Source: Hormiphora californensis (taxonomy: Eukaryota; Animalia; Ctenophora). From it: a stretch of 64,000 nt of DNA. Shown in pieces: positions 44,286-63,703 of the stretch. The stretch covers positions 5,952,001-6,016,000 of the forward strand of contig CM035350.1 of assembly GCA_020137815.1 (NCBI GenBank). Reading direction: 5' to 3'. Position numbers and translations under genes: made by a program. The notes beneath the pieces were generated by a model. The model worked only from the letters and a program-made list of their open reading frames with translations, was not told the DNA's origin and made no database searches. Every line of letters begins with the position of its first letter. The stretch's first letter is position 1.

Positions 44286-44622
44286 TATATATATATAGTG
44301 AGAGTATTTCGGGGGAAGAGTGGATTACCTACAACTATGGCTCATGCAACTATGGCTCATAAAATCTATGAGCCATAGATGCATGCAACTATGGCTCATA
44401 GATTTTATGAGCCATAGATGCATACAACTATGGCTCATAGAAATGTGATCTGATTAGGTTCTATGAGCCAAAGCTAGTGAGAGTGAGAGGGACGTGAGTG
44501 ACACGTGAGTGACACGTGAGTGACACGTGAGAGATCGAATCATATAATATTGAATGAGCACAATATGAATAATGAGCACAAATGTAAACGATTTACATAA
44601 TAATAAATCTAATATTAAATGA

Positions 44623-45210
44623 CTAGTAGGCCCGTTCGCCCTACGGGCGAATTTCGGGGAAATAGTAGCTTGATTAGGGAACGCTGACATCACATGCACC
44701 ATCCGTTCCTAGCCTATGTCTCACTTTCTCCCTATACCCATGTTGTTTTACGCTCTGGGCTTCCTGACAATGTCAAGGTGCTAATTTAAGAGATCAATAT
44801 CAGGGATCCCCTAGGGAGGTGCAGTGCTGTTTCAGAAACTCATCACGTGAAAACTTGGCCGCTATGTAGCCGATTCGGAGATTTCTATATCACCCTTGGG
44901 CGACGTTGGGTAAAGCTATCCGTAGTCGTTGATTCACTCGCTCGAACACGTTGGCGTAATCTGTCATATTCTCTAGCCTGCTCCCTGACAGCAGCAGATC
45001 TTCTGGACCTATACAACCGTTGCCGAATAGCGCTTGGGGTGGAAGAGCTAGACATCAGGACAGTAAAAGAATGCACGTGCAGAATTGAATTTCCCTTAGT
45101 ACCCAAAACTGCAACTGGGAGTGAGGTCTCCAAGTCTCTCTAATAATTGCACGTGCAAGTGTAGTTGCTAGGTGATCACCGTTACACAATTTGCTTAGTA
45201 AGTAGTATGA
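44623..45210 (-). mobile_element. Non-autonomous Helitron
   Basis: Minus strand starts TC and ends with a hairpin (cccgt-agggcga-acggg) plus CTAG; inserted at A|T with no TSD; empty site visible in the opposite arm at about 47631-47650. Confidence 0.85.
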
Positions 45211-45368
45211 TTGAAATTACACTATCAGTTCATCTTGGATATAATGGTAAAAGGGGTCCTTCTTTAGACAGTTCATAGAGCTTTTCACGTAAATCAGCAG
45301 CTCCTTAACACGATGTTTATTCAAATCTATGATCGGGTAGGTGCTAAACAGCCGCCTTGCATTATCAC

Positions 45369-45945
45369 TTGGTAATGAAATTCCCCCTCTGCGCTAGCTC
45401 ACGGAGGGGTAATAATATCGTTTGTACGGCGGGAAAAAAATTCCTGTGTCCAAACTACAAAACAGAAAGTTCTAATTTTTTGAACATACCGAAGAAATTG
45501 TCTGAGCTACCATTACATACCGGAATTTTTTGATATTTTGGCCATTAACACTGTTTTTGTTTTTGGAAAACTATGAAGATGCTGGAATTTGGCTACAAAA
45601 AGCTTCAGAAATGTGCAAAATGCCATTCCAAAGGTATTAGAGGTGGATTCATTGATAACTAAGCTATAGTCGAGTCAGAATAAATTCCACAAGATTGGAA
45701 TTTTATGCCCATATAAGGAGTTATGCGACACACCTCTGTTGTTAAACATGTGGTGTAATCGCTACCGGTCGTTACTTTCTGTAGAATTCAGGTCCTGGTT
45801 ACTATACAAACTAGTACCATACGTTTTAGATAGGTTTTAGACAAGTTTTCGATAACTTTTTATGAGAAGGTCCCGTAAATTTTCATTTTTAGGTAGGCGG
45901 TATTGTCACCCCTATATGCAATAATAGGGGTGACTTCGTAACCAA
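45369..45945. mobile_element. MULE-like non-autonomous insertion
   Basis: TTGG...CCAA termini, 9-bp TSD cattatcac; absent from the right arm of the foldback. Confidence 0.75.
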
Positions 45946-48340
45946 CATTATCACTATCAGGATCCACAGTAAAAAACTCTCCAACAGGTCTGATTTTCGA
46001 GAAAGTAGTATATAGGTAGGATGTTCCCAGAAATTGCCTGGCTAAAGTTTCTGATCTTTCACACTCTTCCAAAACCTCCCGGTACTCGTTGAACGTTGTA
46101 GTGTTGTTCGTGACGTCGATAACAATTATAGCTAGTGAATCCACTAACAAATTCTAATGAGCGGGATGGATATGTGACAGTGTAACATATCCACCCCCCT
46201 CACTGACACGATTCTGGGATGAGTCATTAGCAGAGTGAAACGATACGAGATACGAACCTTATGATTCGGGGGAGCTCATTAGCAGTGTGAGACGATACGA
46301 TATATGGAACATGATTCGGGGAAGCTTATTAGGAGTGTTAGACGATATGAGACACGATTTGGAGAATGTTTTATTGCTCTTTCTATCTATCTCTATCTCT
46401 TTTTGTCATTATTAGCAGAGTGAAACGATACGAGATACGAAACTTATGATTCGGGGGGAGCTCATTAGCAGTGTGAGACGATACAGGATGTGGGACATGA
46501 TTCGGGGAAGCTTATTGGGAGTGTTAGACGAAAAAATGAAACACGATTCGGAGAATGTTTTATCGCTCTTTATATCTATCTCTATCTCTATCGATCTCTA
46601 TCTCTTTTTGTCAATTATCTTGGACTTGAGAACCAGATGAGGTGCCTACCATTGTACTATAATGCGAGCTGACGCTACACACTTGGTGAGTTTAGTGCCC
46701 TTATTTTTGGTAATAAGAGCCTATCGACTCGCCTCATTGTTTTTAGGAGGATATGTTGTTTTAGATGGAATGTGTTGGGTTTTATTTATTTTCGAGTCTT
46801 GCCAAACAGACCAAATTTTCAAACCATTCCATCTAAAACAACAACATATTCCCCTAAAAACAACGGGGCTGAGCCGACATCCAGATAAAAAAGGAAAAGG
46901 AGTATGGACAAAAATAAGGGCACCAAAGTTTGTAGCTTCCTCGCATTAGTATGGGTAGGTATCTCATCTGGTTCTCAAGATAATTGACAAAAAGAGATAG
47001 AGATAAATATAAAGAGCGATAAAACATTCTCCGAACCGTGTCTCATATCGTCTAATACTCCTAATAAGCTTCCCGAATCAAGTTCCATATACCGTATCGT
47101 CTCACACTGCTAATGAGCTCCCCCGAATCATAAGTTTCGTATCTCGTATCGTTTCACTCTGCTAATGACTCATCCCAGAATCGTGTCAGTGAGGGTGGTG
47201 GATATTAACATGTACTACAACTGTTTACTGTGAACATGGGACTTGTCACCCAAAATATGTCACATATTCATCCCGCTCATTAGAATTTGTTAGTGGATTC
47301 ACTGGCTATAATTGTTATCGACGTCACGAACAACACTACAACGTTCAACGAGTATCGGGAGGTTTTGGAAGAGTGTGAAAGATCAGAAACTTTAGCCAGG
47401 CAATTTCTGGGAACATCCTACCTATACTACTTTCTCGAAAATCAGACCTGTTGGAGAGTTTTTTACTGTGGATCCTGATAGTGATAATGCAAGGCGGCTG
47501 TTTAGTACCTACCCGATCATAGATTTGAATAAACATCGTGTTAAGGAGCTGCTGATTCACGTGAAAAGCTCTATGATCTGTCTAAAGAAGGACCCCTTTT
47601 ACCATTATATCCAAGATGAACTGATAGTGTAATTTCAATCATTTAATATTAGATTTATTATTATGTAAATCGTTTACATTTGTGCTCATTATTCATATTG
47701 TGCTCATTTAATATTATATGATTCGATCTCTCACGTGTCACTCACGTGTCACTCACGTGTCACTCACGTCCCTCTCACTCTCACTAGCTTTGGCTCATAG
47801 AACCTAATCAGATCACATTTCTATGAGCCATAGTTGTATGCATCTATGGCTCATAAAATCTATGAGCCATAGTTGCATGCATCTATGGCTCATAGATTCT
47901 ATGAGCCATAGTTGCATGAGCCATAGTTGTAGGTCACCGGAAGAGTGTTCTGATTATTACAGGAAAGTAGAAACAGAGAGAGAGAGAGAGGGAGAGATGA
48001 GATAGAGAGAAAGTGTGTTATATGCATTAGAAACTTGAGAAGCAACATCATACACGCCAATCATAATTCGTTATTTTTCTGACTTTTCACAGAGACAACA
48101 TGTGGTTTTTATATTTTGTTTGGGTTGTGTTTGATAATATAACATGTTGTATTGTGATGAGATCTAATAACAATACGTAATTGCTCTAAATATTTGTGTG
48201 TAATATACTATTTTGGTGTTTCTCTTTGTCCTCTACCTTGCTTGAGGGGGCTTCCTTGTTTTAAAACATGTATGGTCCAGTCATATTTGACAAGATTTGT
48301 TTCTCTGGCCGGTCATTGAGCAAGGCAAATCTACATAGCT

Positions 48341-48887
48341 TTTTTTTTTTTTGGGGGGGAGAGCGCTCCCGTATTAAAACCTTGGTTCCGAGAGTACTCG
48401 GATGTACATGATGCATGCGCTCTCTGGCGCCAAAGGAACTCTGTGCTATAAGGCACTACAACAATCAATTACATCAGATATAAATCTTCAGTAGTGTCCT
48501 CTCTCAGTCTTCCTCTGAACCCTCGAAGTGAAAGAGTGACACTCCTCACCATCGAGAAGGACAATCTTAGGCGAATATATCTCACACACTCTTCGTATCT
48601 GTTGCCACTCTTGTCTGATTTCTTTTCTGCAAGATGCTTTACGAAGCGGGAGAACTCACGCCCGAGACCGCCAGTTATTGCCATAACCAGGGGAGTAAAC
48701 GCTCCACCGTCCACTTCTAACACCCTATGGTTGTATCCCGTCTTCTTTTCTTTCTCGTGTTTGATGAATGTCTGGGGGATCGACTGGACAGCATTGGATG
48801 TGGCTTGGGAGTTTAATACTCTTACGTCGAAGAATGCCTTGTCCATTGGTATCCAGAAGTCCCGTGTAGAAATGTCGAGTCGAGCGT
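48341..48887 (-). mobile_element. 5'-truncated CRE-like non-LTR retrotransposon (RLE domain) with poly(A) tail
   Basis: RLDISTRDFW..AFFDVRV..HEKEKK..FTPLVM..GGLG; 13-bp TSD aatctacatagct at 48328-48340 and 48888-48900. Confidence 0.8.
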
Positions 48888-49040
48888 AATCTACATAGCT
48901 CAAGAAATATATTTTATGTTTATTATTTCTTGGTGGTACAAAGAAATATCCAAAACCTAATCACCCTATCGTCATTTCTATAGCTAGATCGAGAGAGATG
49001 TGAGAGCCACATGATGGAATTAGAATGATGTGCCCGGGAC

Positions 49041-54205
<5,165 letters not shown>

Positions 54206-55199
54206 ACTCTTTCAATACTCGTGTGTATGTGTGATATATTGGGGTAATAAAGAAATGTTTAATGTTTATCAATAGATTTTTCATATGTTTCTGTGTCTAT
54301 GTCTTTACGTGAGCGATTGGGGTTACAACACAACAGTAGTTCTATTATAGGAAGTAATGATGTGATAATGATTGACAATGATTTTAGATGCTTTTTGTCC
54401 TGCTAATTGACCGCTTTTAATGTGTTAACCATCTCGCACATGATTCACGGTTCATTTTCATGTGTTGGTATCCAGGGAACCTAGGCGCGCGCGGGGAGGT
54501 CTACTGTGAGTGCTGACACCTAATGTGGCGCGCGAGTGAAAAGCACACAGCCGTGATTGGTTCTCATTTGCACTCCCTGTATATTGTGGAAATGTGTGGC
54601 TGGCCAGTTGCTGCCAGCATTTATTCCTTGACATGTTCCAAGTTAAGTCGGCTTACGCGAGCCCGAAGGGCCAGTGTAAGGAAGGCGCTTAACGGTTCGA
54701 ATGGATAGGCTGCGTAGCATGGCAAAGAAAAGCAGGACGCCATCCACACAGGTGGAGCGCGCGAAGATTTATAGTATACATTATAGTGGTACGCGCAAAA
54801 ATATGCGCGCCGCGCCACACAAATTAATTTTTTATTTGGTTATCAATAAAACACGCAACTTTTGCAAAACAAGCTTTTCAAGATCGAATTTTAGTTTTAG
54901 CTTGAAAAGCGCTGTCTTATCGGCGGCCAGCAGCGTTTGCCTAAGTTTTAGCCTTTTAGAACAGCGTTAAAATCTTGGTGTTTGGAGTGTCAGCACTAAC
55001 GGTTGTTAGGGTTAGGTCTAAAGTGGGGACTGGCCCAGTCCGACTGGGGTTAGAGCTAGCGCTGAGGTTTGGGTTGGGATTAGGGCTTGCAATTTCCTAT
55101 CAGATAAACTTAGGATTATGCCTTATTGGGATAATCCAAAACGGTTGAGTGGTTTGGTGGTTAGAGCCATTTATAAACAGGCGAAAGATTTATTCGTGA

Positions 55200-55562
55200 T
55201 GCAGTGAGACCATGTCACTTAGAAGTAATACTTTCCTTTGTTATTTGTACACATGGTGGAAGCGTTATTGATGTATGCCTCCGCTTTGGTAACGATGGAT
55301 TTGCTCTTGATGGACCCTGGACGGATGAGGATGGTAGTTACTGTCTCTTCAGACCGTGGTCACATTCCAGTTATCACATACCTAGGAACAACCTCTAATA
55401 GCACGTCAAGAAAGTGTGTTCCTGACTATAACAGACATGCAGATTGGGAGCATTGGACTCAGTTCATTGACGCTCGGCTCATGGAATCGGATCTAAACGA
55501 GGAGCAGAACGCAAATGAGATGTTTAGCAACCTACTGGATATAATCAAAGATGCAACTGAGC
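55200..55562 (+). mobile_element. Degenerate LINE fragment (end of APE endonuclease and linker)
   Basis: SSDRGHIPVITYL..YNRHADWEHW..NEMFSNLLDIIKDA. Confidence 0.45.
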
Positions 55563-56920
55563 AACCTAATTTCTTTGAAAATTTCTTATTTGACCCACCT
55601 AATCTCTACGAAACCTTCTCCCTTTGACCCATCTGATCTCTAAGAAACTTATTCACTTTGACTCACCTAATTTCTAAAAAAATTCTTATTTGACCCACCT
55701 AATCTCTAAGAAACCTTCTCACTTTGACCCATCTGATCTCTAAGAAACCTTCCCACTTTGACCCACCTAATCTCTAAGAAACTTTCCCACTTTGACCCAT
55801 CTGATCTCTAAGAAACTTATTCACTTTGACCCACCTTATCTCTAAGAAACATTCCCACTTTAACCCTCCTAATTTCTAAGAAACTTTGACCCACCTAATC
55901 TCTAATAAACTTTCCCACTTTGATCCACCTTATCTCTAAGAAACATTCCCACTTTAACCCACCTAATCTCTAAGAAACTCCCACTTTGACTCACCTAATC
56001 TCTAAGAAACTTTCCCACTTTGACCCACTTAATCTCTAAGAAATTTTCCCACTTTGACCCACCTAATTTCTAAGAATCTTTCCCGCATTTACCCACCTAA
56101 TCTCTAAGAAACTCCTATAGATGCAAATATTGATGATAGGAGATGCCGGATAGTTCAAACACTCCCTATCGGAGTGGAACCCCAGTTTCGACATACCGTC
56201 CCTGTAGTATACCAAAAGGCACCTATTAAAATCAGTTCCGAACATGTCGTTGACACTAGCCATTAGCACACTTATTGGCTTATACTTAGGGGTTCTATGT
56301 GCCCGTAGCTCGAACTCTCCCCGCCCGTAGCTTACCGATGTGCTGGAGAGCCATTTGTAGGAGGTGGGGTTTCTGGGACTTTCCGCAAACTGGTGGGGTA
56401 CTGTTGTTTTTAGCTCGTCCAGAGTCGAGGAGGAAATGAAATTTCGGTAGTGTATAGCCGCTGTTACACCATCGTCACTACTGAACACTTTCACGGGGCG
56501 CGGGAGTGGCCTACTCTGAGCAGTGAGTGGTAATGTTCAGTAACCTTAATAAATCCTCTTTGTTGACCAGAACATTATCAGATTGTATACTTCTAAGTCC
56601 ACTGCCACAGAAATATTGATGGGGGATGATACCGTAGAGGAAGCGGAAGAATAGAGCGAAATTGAACTCGTACTCGAGGAGTTAAAATCGGGGGTAGGTA
56701 GAGTCACATTTTTAAACATAGTGGTGACCGGCTGGTTGGTGGTTACTTGGACATGGCTTTCTAAAACAAAAATTAATTTGTTTAAAGTAGTGTTGGAAAG
56801 TTTGAAACCCACCTAATCTCTAAGAAACCTTCCCACTTTGACCCTCTTAATCTCTAAGAAACCTTCTCACTTTGACCCATCTGATCTCTAAGAAATTTTC
56901 CCAATCTCTAAGAAACTTTC
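55563..56920. repeat. About 37-bp minisatellite interrupted by a roughly 690-bp insert
   Basis: tttgacccacctaatctctaagaaactttcccac-like units at 55563-56115 and 56807-56920. Confidence 0.85.
56117..56500 (-). pseudogene. Truncated AlkB-like 2OG-Fe(II) dioxygenase domain, probably TE-derived
   Basis: FNRCLLVYYRDGMSKLGFHSDRE...SPIINI (HxD motif); cut off by the minisatellite before the distal His. Confidence 0.65.
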
Positions 56921-57267
56921 TCAAACACTCTCTATTTACTGTGGGGGAGGGGTGGCACTCACTAGAGAGCTGATTATAACTACAGCAGGGGGTGTGGCAC
57001 TTCGGAGTTTATATACGAGAGCTTGTGACACCCTTCTTACAACCAACACCAACTCGAGCTATTTATCATGCATGATGTGTGCTAGATGCAGTAAAAAGAA
57101 AGAAGATAGTGTTAGACGAGAAGAGATTACTTTTGTCGGAAGAGATAATGTGAGTAATATAAGCTTCCTCATTTCACATAACAATCAGAGATAAGATCAA
57201 TACAAACCGTTGGATTATATTTATTATTTACTAACCGTTTTTCTATTACCCGTATTATAGTTTTGTT

Positions 57268-57303
<36 letters not shown>

Positions 57304-57309
57304 TCTCTG

Positions 57310-57430
<121 letters not shown>

Positions 57431-57764
57431 ATCTCTCCCTCTCTCTCCCTCAGTTGCTCTCTCTATCTTTTCCCTCCATTCAGTGTATTACATCGGTCCG
57501 CACATCAACGTTTTTAAAACTGCTACAGCCGTCTCTCTCTCTGGCAGAGTGGTAAATGTTGCCAAAGTCTTGTGATGAAAACTGGAAGAGCTGTAACGCG
57601 CGCAGTTACTTGTGTACTAAAGTGTCAGTTGTTAGTATGGTAGCGCGCACGCCGGTACACTCGCAATCCGTATTGATGGTCGCAGCCATGTTGTACTCTC
57701 TCGGAGTGCTGTGGTATTTATAGCATTTTCTAACAACCCTGTCTATTGTTATAGTGTCTAGAAA

Positions 57765-59128
57765 ATGGCAAATGTGGATAGGACTTGTGTGATATTCCTA
57801 GTGGGGCCACAATCTTCCCAGGAGTTTATTTCACAGGTAACTTGCCTAGCTAGACATAACAACAGGTAACAACTAACCTATACCCATTACACTAAGAGAG
57901 GACGTTCACCTGATACCCATGTGAATTTTGATTGTGACAATAATAATAACTCATAAAACCATCCTCTGATCGGATGTCACATGCATTATCACCCCTAAGT
58001 TAATCAATCTCCCACCATCAGGTCCTTAGCCAGTTCGACGCCAACCTCAGTACAGATATAAGCTGCTGTGTCGTTACCCCAATATCGGGTGATCCACCCC
58101 TATGGTGCGGCTCTGCACCCTCCTCCCAGACCACTGGGGACACTTGGGCGGAATCCCTGGCGGGCCTGAGGTTTCCCAATACTGGATCTGGGTCTTTAGA
58201 TGCAGTGGGAGTGACGTTACACAACCTACTAGATGATATCGAGCGATACAGTATTGTTCACGCTGTGTGGATAACTGATCAGGTCAGTTGATTACAGAGT
58301 TAGAAGATTCTTTCTATTTTCTTATTCAATTAAATTTGATGGGGTCTCTATAATTGTTACTCCCCCCTCCCAAATATCTGCAGATGCCGAGTGCTGGAGC
58401 CTCTCTCATCCTGGCGAGTGGGTTAATGAGATTGATCAAGTGTCACCATGGATACCTCTCTATAATCTCCAAGACAACTGTTGACTCCACTAGTAGCCCC
58501 TGGGTGAAGGCCATGAAGGCTGCTGTCATCCCACTCCGCGATGTTGGTGACCTCGCTAAGACCATCAACAAAGCCTGTTGGGTGGCTGACCTAACCTTTA
58601 GAGGTATACCAGCTACTGCACTTATAATGAGTGGCGGGGAAGTGCCATTTCTTTCTAACAATGTACAATGTATTATATTATGTAATGTATCTAACTATGT
58701 ATTATACCCAGGTACTAACCAGCAGCCAGAAGAGACACTGACGGGTCTCATTGTTAATGGGAAACACACTGATATTGTTACCAATGGAAACCTAACATCT
58801 CTTAGCGTTATCAAGGTAGTAGCACTCTCCCACACACGATATTATATATACATACATAGGATATGGAATCTTCTCATCACATACTGGGCCTTATAATCTA
58901 ACTCATCTAGACTCCAACATGTATAACCAATATGACTTATGAGGCGCGGTACTACTACATATTATATAACACCCCCACGCCCCACACTAGGTTGTTAGTT
59001 CAGTTCCATTGTACGTGTTGAAGGAGTGTGTAGAGTTTACCACGTTCCGCAGAGAAACTGCCATTAGACTGTCCCGGGTTTCGCACTGGGGTGTCCTCTG
59101 TAAAGTTAACTACCAGGTTCGTGTGGGG

Positions 59129-59170
<42 letters not shown>

Positions 59171-61101
59171 CTCTCTCTCTCCTCTTCTCTCTCTCTTCTC
59201 ATCTCTCCTCTCTCTCTCTCGTCTCCTCTCTCTGATTCTCATCATCTCATGCTCTCAGCTGATCCTCTCTCTCTCTCTCTCTCTCTTGATTCTCAAATAA
59301 TGACTAGAAACTTCCATTGGCCTTAGTTAAATGAATCTTTATATCAGACTAATCTAATGATTCTGATTTATTCATTATTATCAGTCCCTTTTTATTTATT
59401 ATTTGAATCGTGTTATATTCAAAGGCCAAGATTATGTGAATACAAATTAATTCTGTTCTACAGAGAGAGCAGGGTATTAAATCGAAGGCGGAGTGGATTA
59501 GGGCAGTACAGAGTCGATCAGTAGGTAGCCAGCCCAGTACTACTCTCAACGGTCCCTACGTTCTACTGTGGAGGAATAAACTCTACACATTCAGGGATAT
59601 CATACAGTAAGTTGCCTTGCTCGACCCTGTTTCCAGGGGATGAGAACATAACAAACAGTAAGGGGGCGTTTATTAAAACTAAATATAACTCGTTTGTTTG
59701 TTTTTCTCAAGACCGCATCATTGATCATTATTATAATCCACCCCACCTCTGCAGGCCTCCCTCGACCCAGAAAGGTGGTGTCCCTCTGATCCACCATTCC
59801 ACCACCCCTACGGACTACCACAATGTCATGGAACAGAAGCTGATAGAATTCTTTGAAAGGGGTAGCAGTAGTGCGGGAGATAACAATACAAAGAGCTTCC
59901 CAGTTCGAATACCATCACCACGTCACACACCCGCTGCCGCCTCCATTCCTTCCCCACATGTACGTACTGGTGTGACAGTAGTTTCCATCACTGGGATTTA
60001 ACTTCACACTATGAAAATAGCTTCCAATGGTCGTGTAAACCATGCAACCTGTTTATACCTCTAGTAATATCCCTAATTTACCCATTATCTATTCTTGATT
60101 CTCCTCCTAGGTAACTTTTTGTTATGATCTGATTATCCCCCAATTAAATTCTCTAATTAAATTCTAATTATACTCTAATTCCCCTCTAATCCCCCTCTGA
60201 TTATCAGGATATTTTAAGTGTGTATGAGCCAGGCAGTTATAAGACATCGTGTGCAGCAGCAGGAGGAGCCCCTAGCAATGAAAAGAGATTTGATGAGTCA
60301 TACATTGCATCTCTCTCCTATCGGGTTAGTTTTCAAAATGTTTCTCTCCTCATTCCTGTTTACAATTAATTAATTACTTAATTTTCACATTCTGTTTTTC
60401 AGGAAGCGCTCCAGCTACCTCAGACTCATGGCGTCTACTATGACTCAAATTATGACGACAAAATGGTTCAGGAACTGCAACGAAAATACGTTCACAGGTA
60501 CACCACCATGACATCAAGCTAAAATACCTTCCAAATCCAGTATCATTTAACTACTTGCTAACTCCCCTAATCCCCCACTTTCAGAGAAACGTATAGCAGT
60601 GTGTCACCCTACAATTTAGATCTAGGGAAATCATCCACAACACCCCTCTCCAAGGATTCCTCACGACAAAACCCTCGGAAGGCCTCTGCAGCTACCAGTA
60701 GCGGGAAGTGCCGGGCTAACCCCCTCGAGAGGAGCAGAAGTGCAGGGAACATCACCGCAACAAGCTCCACCGGACTCCAGGAGGGCAGACTTGCTAAATC
60801 AGCTGATAACATCCCGACCATCTCAACAACCACCACACCAGGGCAGGAGCCAAAACCATCCCGATCACAGAAGAATAAGACTCTGCTAAAGGGAATAATC
60901 AGCGACTGTTTGAAAGAAGAGGGAATATCACCAGAGCATGGCCGATACAAATCTTTGTGCGGAAAGACTTATGACTTGTGTAAATTATTGCTCCGGGATG
61001 CCGTGAGTGGAAGTGATGGGATTAGGGCGAAGATGGTTCAAGTTGTTAGACCGCAAGTTAAAATTGTTATTAACATTGATAGAGAGAAGAACCTCTTGTG
61101 A
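57765..61101 (+). CDS. MTBP: MDM2-binding protein (MTBP/Sld7 homologue), multi-exon
   Basis: C-terminus SRSQKNKTLLKGIISDCLKEEGISPEH..LCKLLLRD..KMVQVV and an internal THGVYY..ELQRKY motif resemble MTBP; consistent GT-AG exons. Confidence 0.72.
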
Positions 61102-61628
61102 AGAAGTTGTATTTAAAAAAACGGCGTGTGTGTGTTATTTTGGGTGTGTAATTGAAATGTACAGTTCCCCCGCAAATTTGTTTGTTTCCAGCCCCAGTAA
61201 ATAGCGATTTTAACTTTGATATTGTATCAGTCAAACTGAAATTTAACATGTTTAATCGAATTGGGTATGCCGACATTTTTCTATTCTTTATTTCGCAGGA
61301 TGAATTTATTGGATCGGGAAATGAAGATAAGATTTAGCCACTCTGGAGAAAATAAGATTCGCCATCTTGTCCCCCGGCCCCAGAAAGAACTACTGCTGGA
61401 TCAATATCATGAAGACACCTAACATGATCTTCTTGAGTATTACTCAATGAGTGAGTACAAGATATGAGTTCTGGTACTTTCAGAACCCAAAACACAGAGA
61501 ACATGTCATGGGTGATGGGCGGTTTTTGCGACTCCTTTAGGCCCCCTGGAGGCTTCTTAACCATGTTATAACCCGTTATTTAAATAACATATTGCATGTT
61601 GCAATGCAACACCGGCATTTATCGTGAT

Positions 61629-61783
<155 letters not shown>

Positions 61784-62645
61784 GAATGAATCGAAAGAAT
61801 ATAAGTGCTAGTGAGGCATGAGCGAGAGAGAGAACAGAATTCCAACACGATAAGCCTTTGTTTTATTTTTCGACGCTCTTTAGGGTTTTGGTAATTCTTC
61901 TTTTTAGAGTGATGTGATACTCATGATAAGGTCTTGACGTCACAATAGCAAGAATATTAGGACCTGTTTAGTGTTTTCTAGAGAGCGTGCCGTGCATCGA
62001 CTGTAGAAGTGTAGCACCCATTTTAGGGGGCTGCCGCGGCCGGGAATGAATTATGAGGGGGCTGGGTAACACCTATCAAACTCTGCATTTTGAATTTTAT
62101 TATGTGTCATACCCTGACCCTGGCCGCGAACAGAGAGGGGTGCGATGTGCCCAACCCCTGGCCCTGAGTGAAATCTTGTTATCCAATATCCACCCTCTAT
62201 CTCATATATGACTCACTCTAAACTTCAGTTCTTAGAGATCATTGAATGCAAGTTTTGACTTTTGATCCATCCGGCCTCCAGTAGGGGAGGTAGATGGGGG
62301 AGGTCATCTCCAGTGTTATCTGTGGTATTTTTTATGACGTTATTGGCTCAAAGTCAATGTCTCTCACCGTGTAATTTAATGGACGACCAAATCGAGTTTG
62401 TCAGATAGGCCAGGGTTCAGATGACCTAAATATTAAATTGTAGTGTGAGCCATTTGCATTTAGCCATTCTTTTGCTTTAGTACTGAGTAGCATCTAGCAT
62501 CTAGCCCCGGCCTGACCAGTGATTAGCTTAATTAATTAAACTGAACTTGTCAGAGCATTGGCCTGACAGAACTGAACTAAGAACTTGTTAAACTTAATAC
62601 TTGAGGGTTCTATTGTCATCATTGTTGAACAATGATTGTTCCTTT

Positions 62646-62739
62646 TGGATATTTCTGGTGCCACAGAGTTTGATTTGTCCCGATCATGTTTTAAACATGA
62701 TCGGGACAAATCAAAACTCTGAGGCACCAGAAATATCCA
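62646..62739. repeat. Near-perfect hairpin with roughly 45-bp arms
   Basis: ggatatttctggtgcc..tttgtcccgatcatgtt / aacatgatcgggacaaa..ggcaccagaaatatcc. Confidence 0.8.
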
Positions 62740-62763
62740 GAAGGGTCAAAAGGAACAATCATT

Positions 62764-63102
62764 GGAGCAGCTGAAGTGTGTTACTGTTAATAATTTTCTC
62801 AAGAAACCATGTTAATGTGAACAATTGTCTGACAGCGTCTTCACTTGTTGAGTTCATACTCCGATACCGCACGAGATGTATCAACAAGACATTAACACGA
62901 CCTCGTTTTGAATTCCCCCGACACTATAAACATTGTTTATAGTGTCGGGGGAATTCAAAACGAGGTCGTGTTAATGTCTTGTTGATACATCTCGTGCGGT
63001 ATCGGAGTATGAACTCAACAAGTGAAGACGCTGTCAGACAATTGTTCACATTAACATGGTTTCTTGAGAAAATTATTAACAGTAACACACTTCAGCTGCT
63101 CC
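62764..63102. repeat. Perfect 339-bp palindrome (169-bp arms, 1-nt spacer at 62933)
   Basis: Arms read as exact reverse complements. Confidence 0.9.
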
Positions 63103-63149
63103 TCCCACTTGTGCTACAAAGTACAATTCGGAGGGAGTGGGTAAGAGTT

Positions 63150-63703
63150 CTAGATGAATCTAGGACCACTAACACCCTTCCCCACCTCTAGATGAATCTA
63201 GGACCACTAACACCCTTCCCCACCTCTAGATGAATCTAGGATCACTAACACCCTTCCCCACATCTAGATGGATCTAGGACCACTAACACCCTTCCCCACA
63301 TCTAGATGAATCTAGGACCACTAACACCCTTCCCCACATCTAGATGAATCTAGGACCACTAACACCCTTCCCCACCTCTAGATGGATCTAGGACCACTAA
63401 CACCCTTCCCCACATCTAGATGGATCTAGGACCACTAACACCCTTCCCCACATCTAGATGAATCTAGGACCACTAACACCCTTCCCCACCTCTAGATGAA
63501 TCTAGGACCACTAACACCCTTCCCCACCTCTAGATGGATCTAGGACCACTAACAACCTTCCCCACCTCTAGATGAATCTAGGACCACTAACACCCTTCCC
63601 CACATCTAGATGAATCTAGGACCACTAACACCCTTCCCCACCTCTAGATGAATCTAGGACCACTAACACCCTTCCCCACATCTAGATGGATCTAGGACCA
63701 CTA
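63150..63703. repeat. 38-bp minisatellite, about 14.5 copies
   Basis: tctagatgaatctaggaccactaacacccttccccacc. Confidence 0.95.

Larger units (their letters stand above)
44323..47938. mobile_element. 3.6-kb foldback/MULE-like, largely palindromic element
   Basis: 9-bp TSD GGAAGAGTG (44314-44322, 47939-47947); arms pair inward to a centre near 46805; terminal tandem sub-repeats ctatggctcat. Confidence 0.8.

Noticed and set aside
63150-63703. CRISPR-like array (38-bp unit; also the 37-bp array at 55563-56920)
   Set aside because: Units are contiguous with no unique spacers, there are no cas genes, and the context is eukaryotic.
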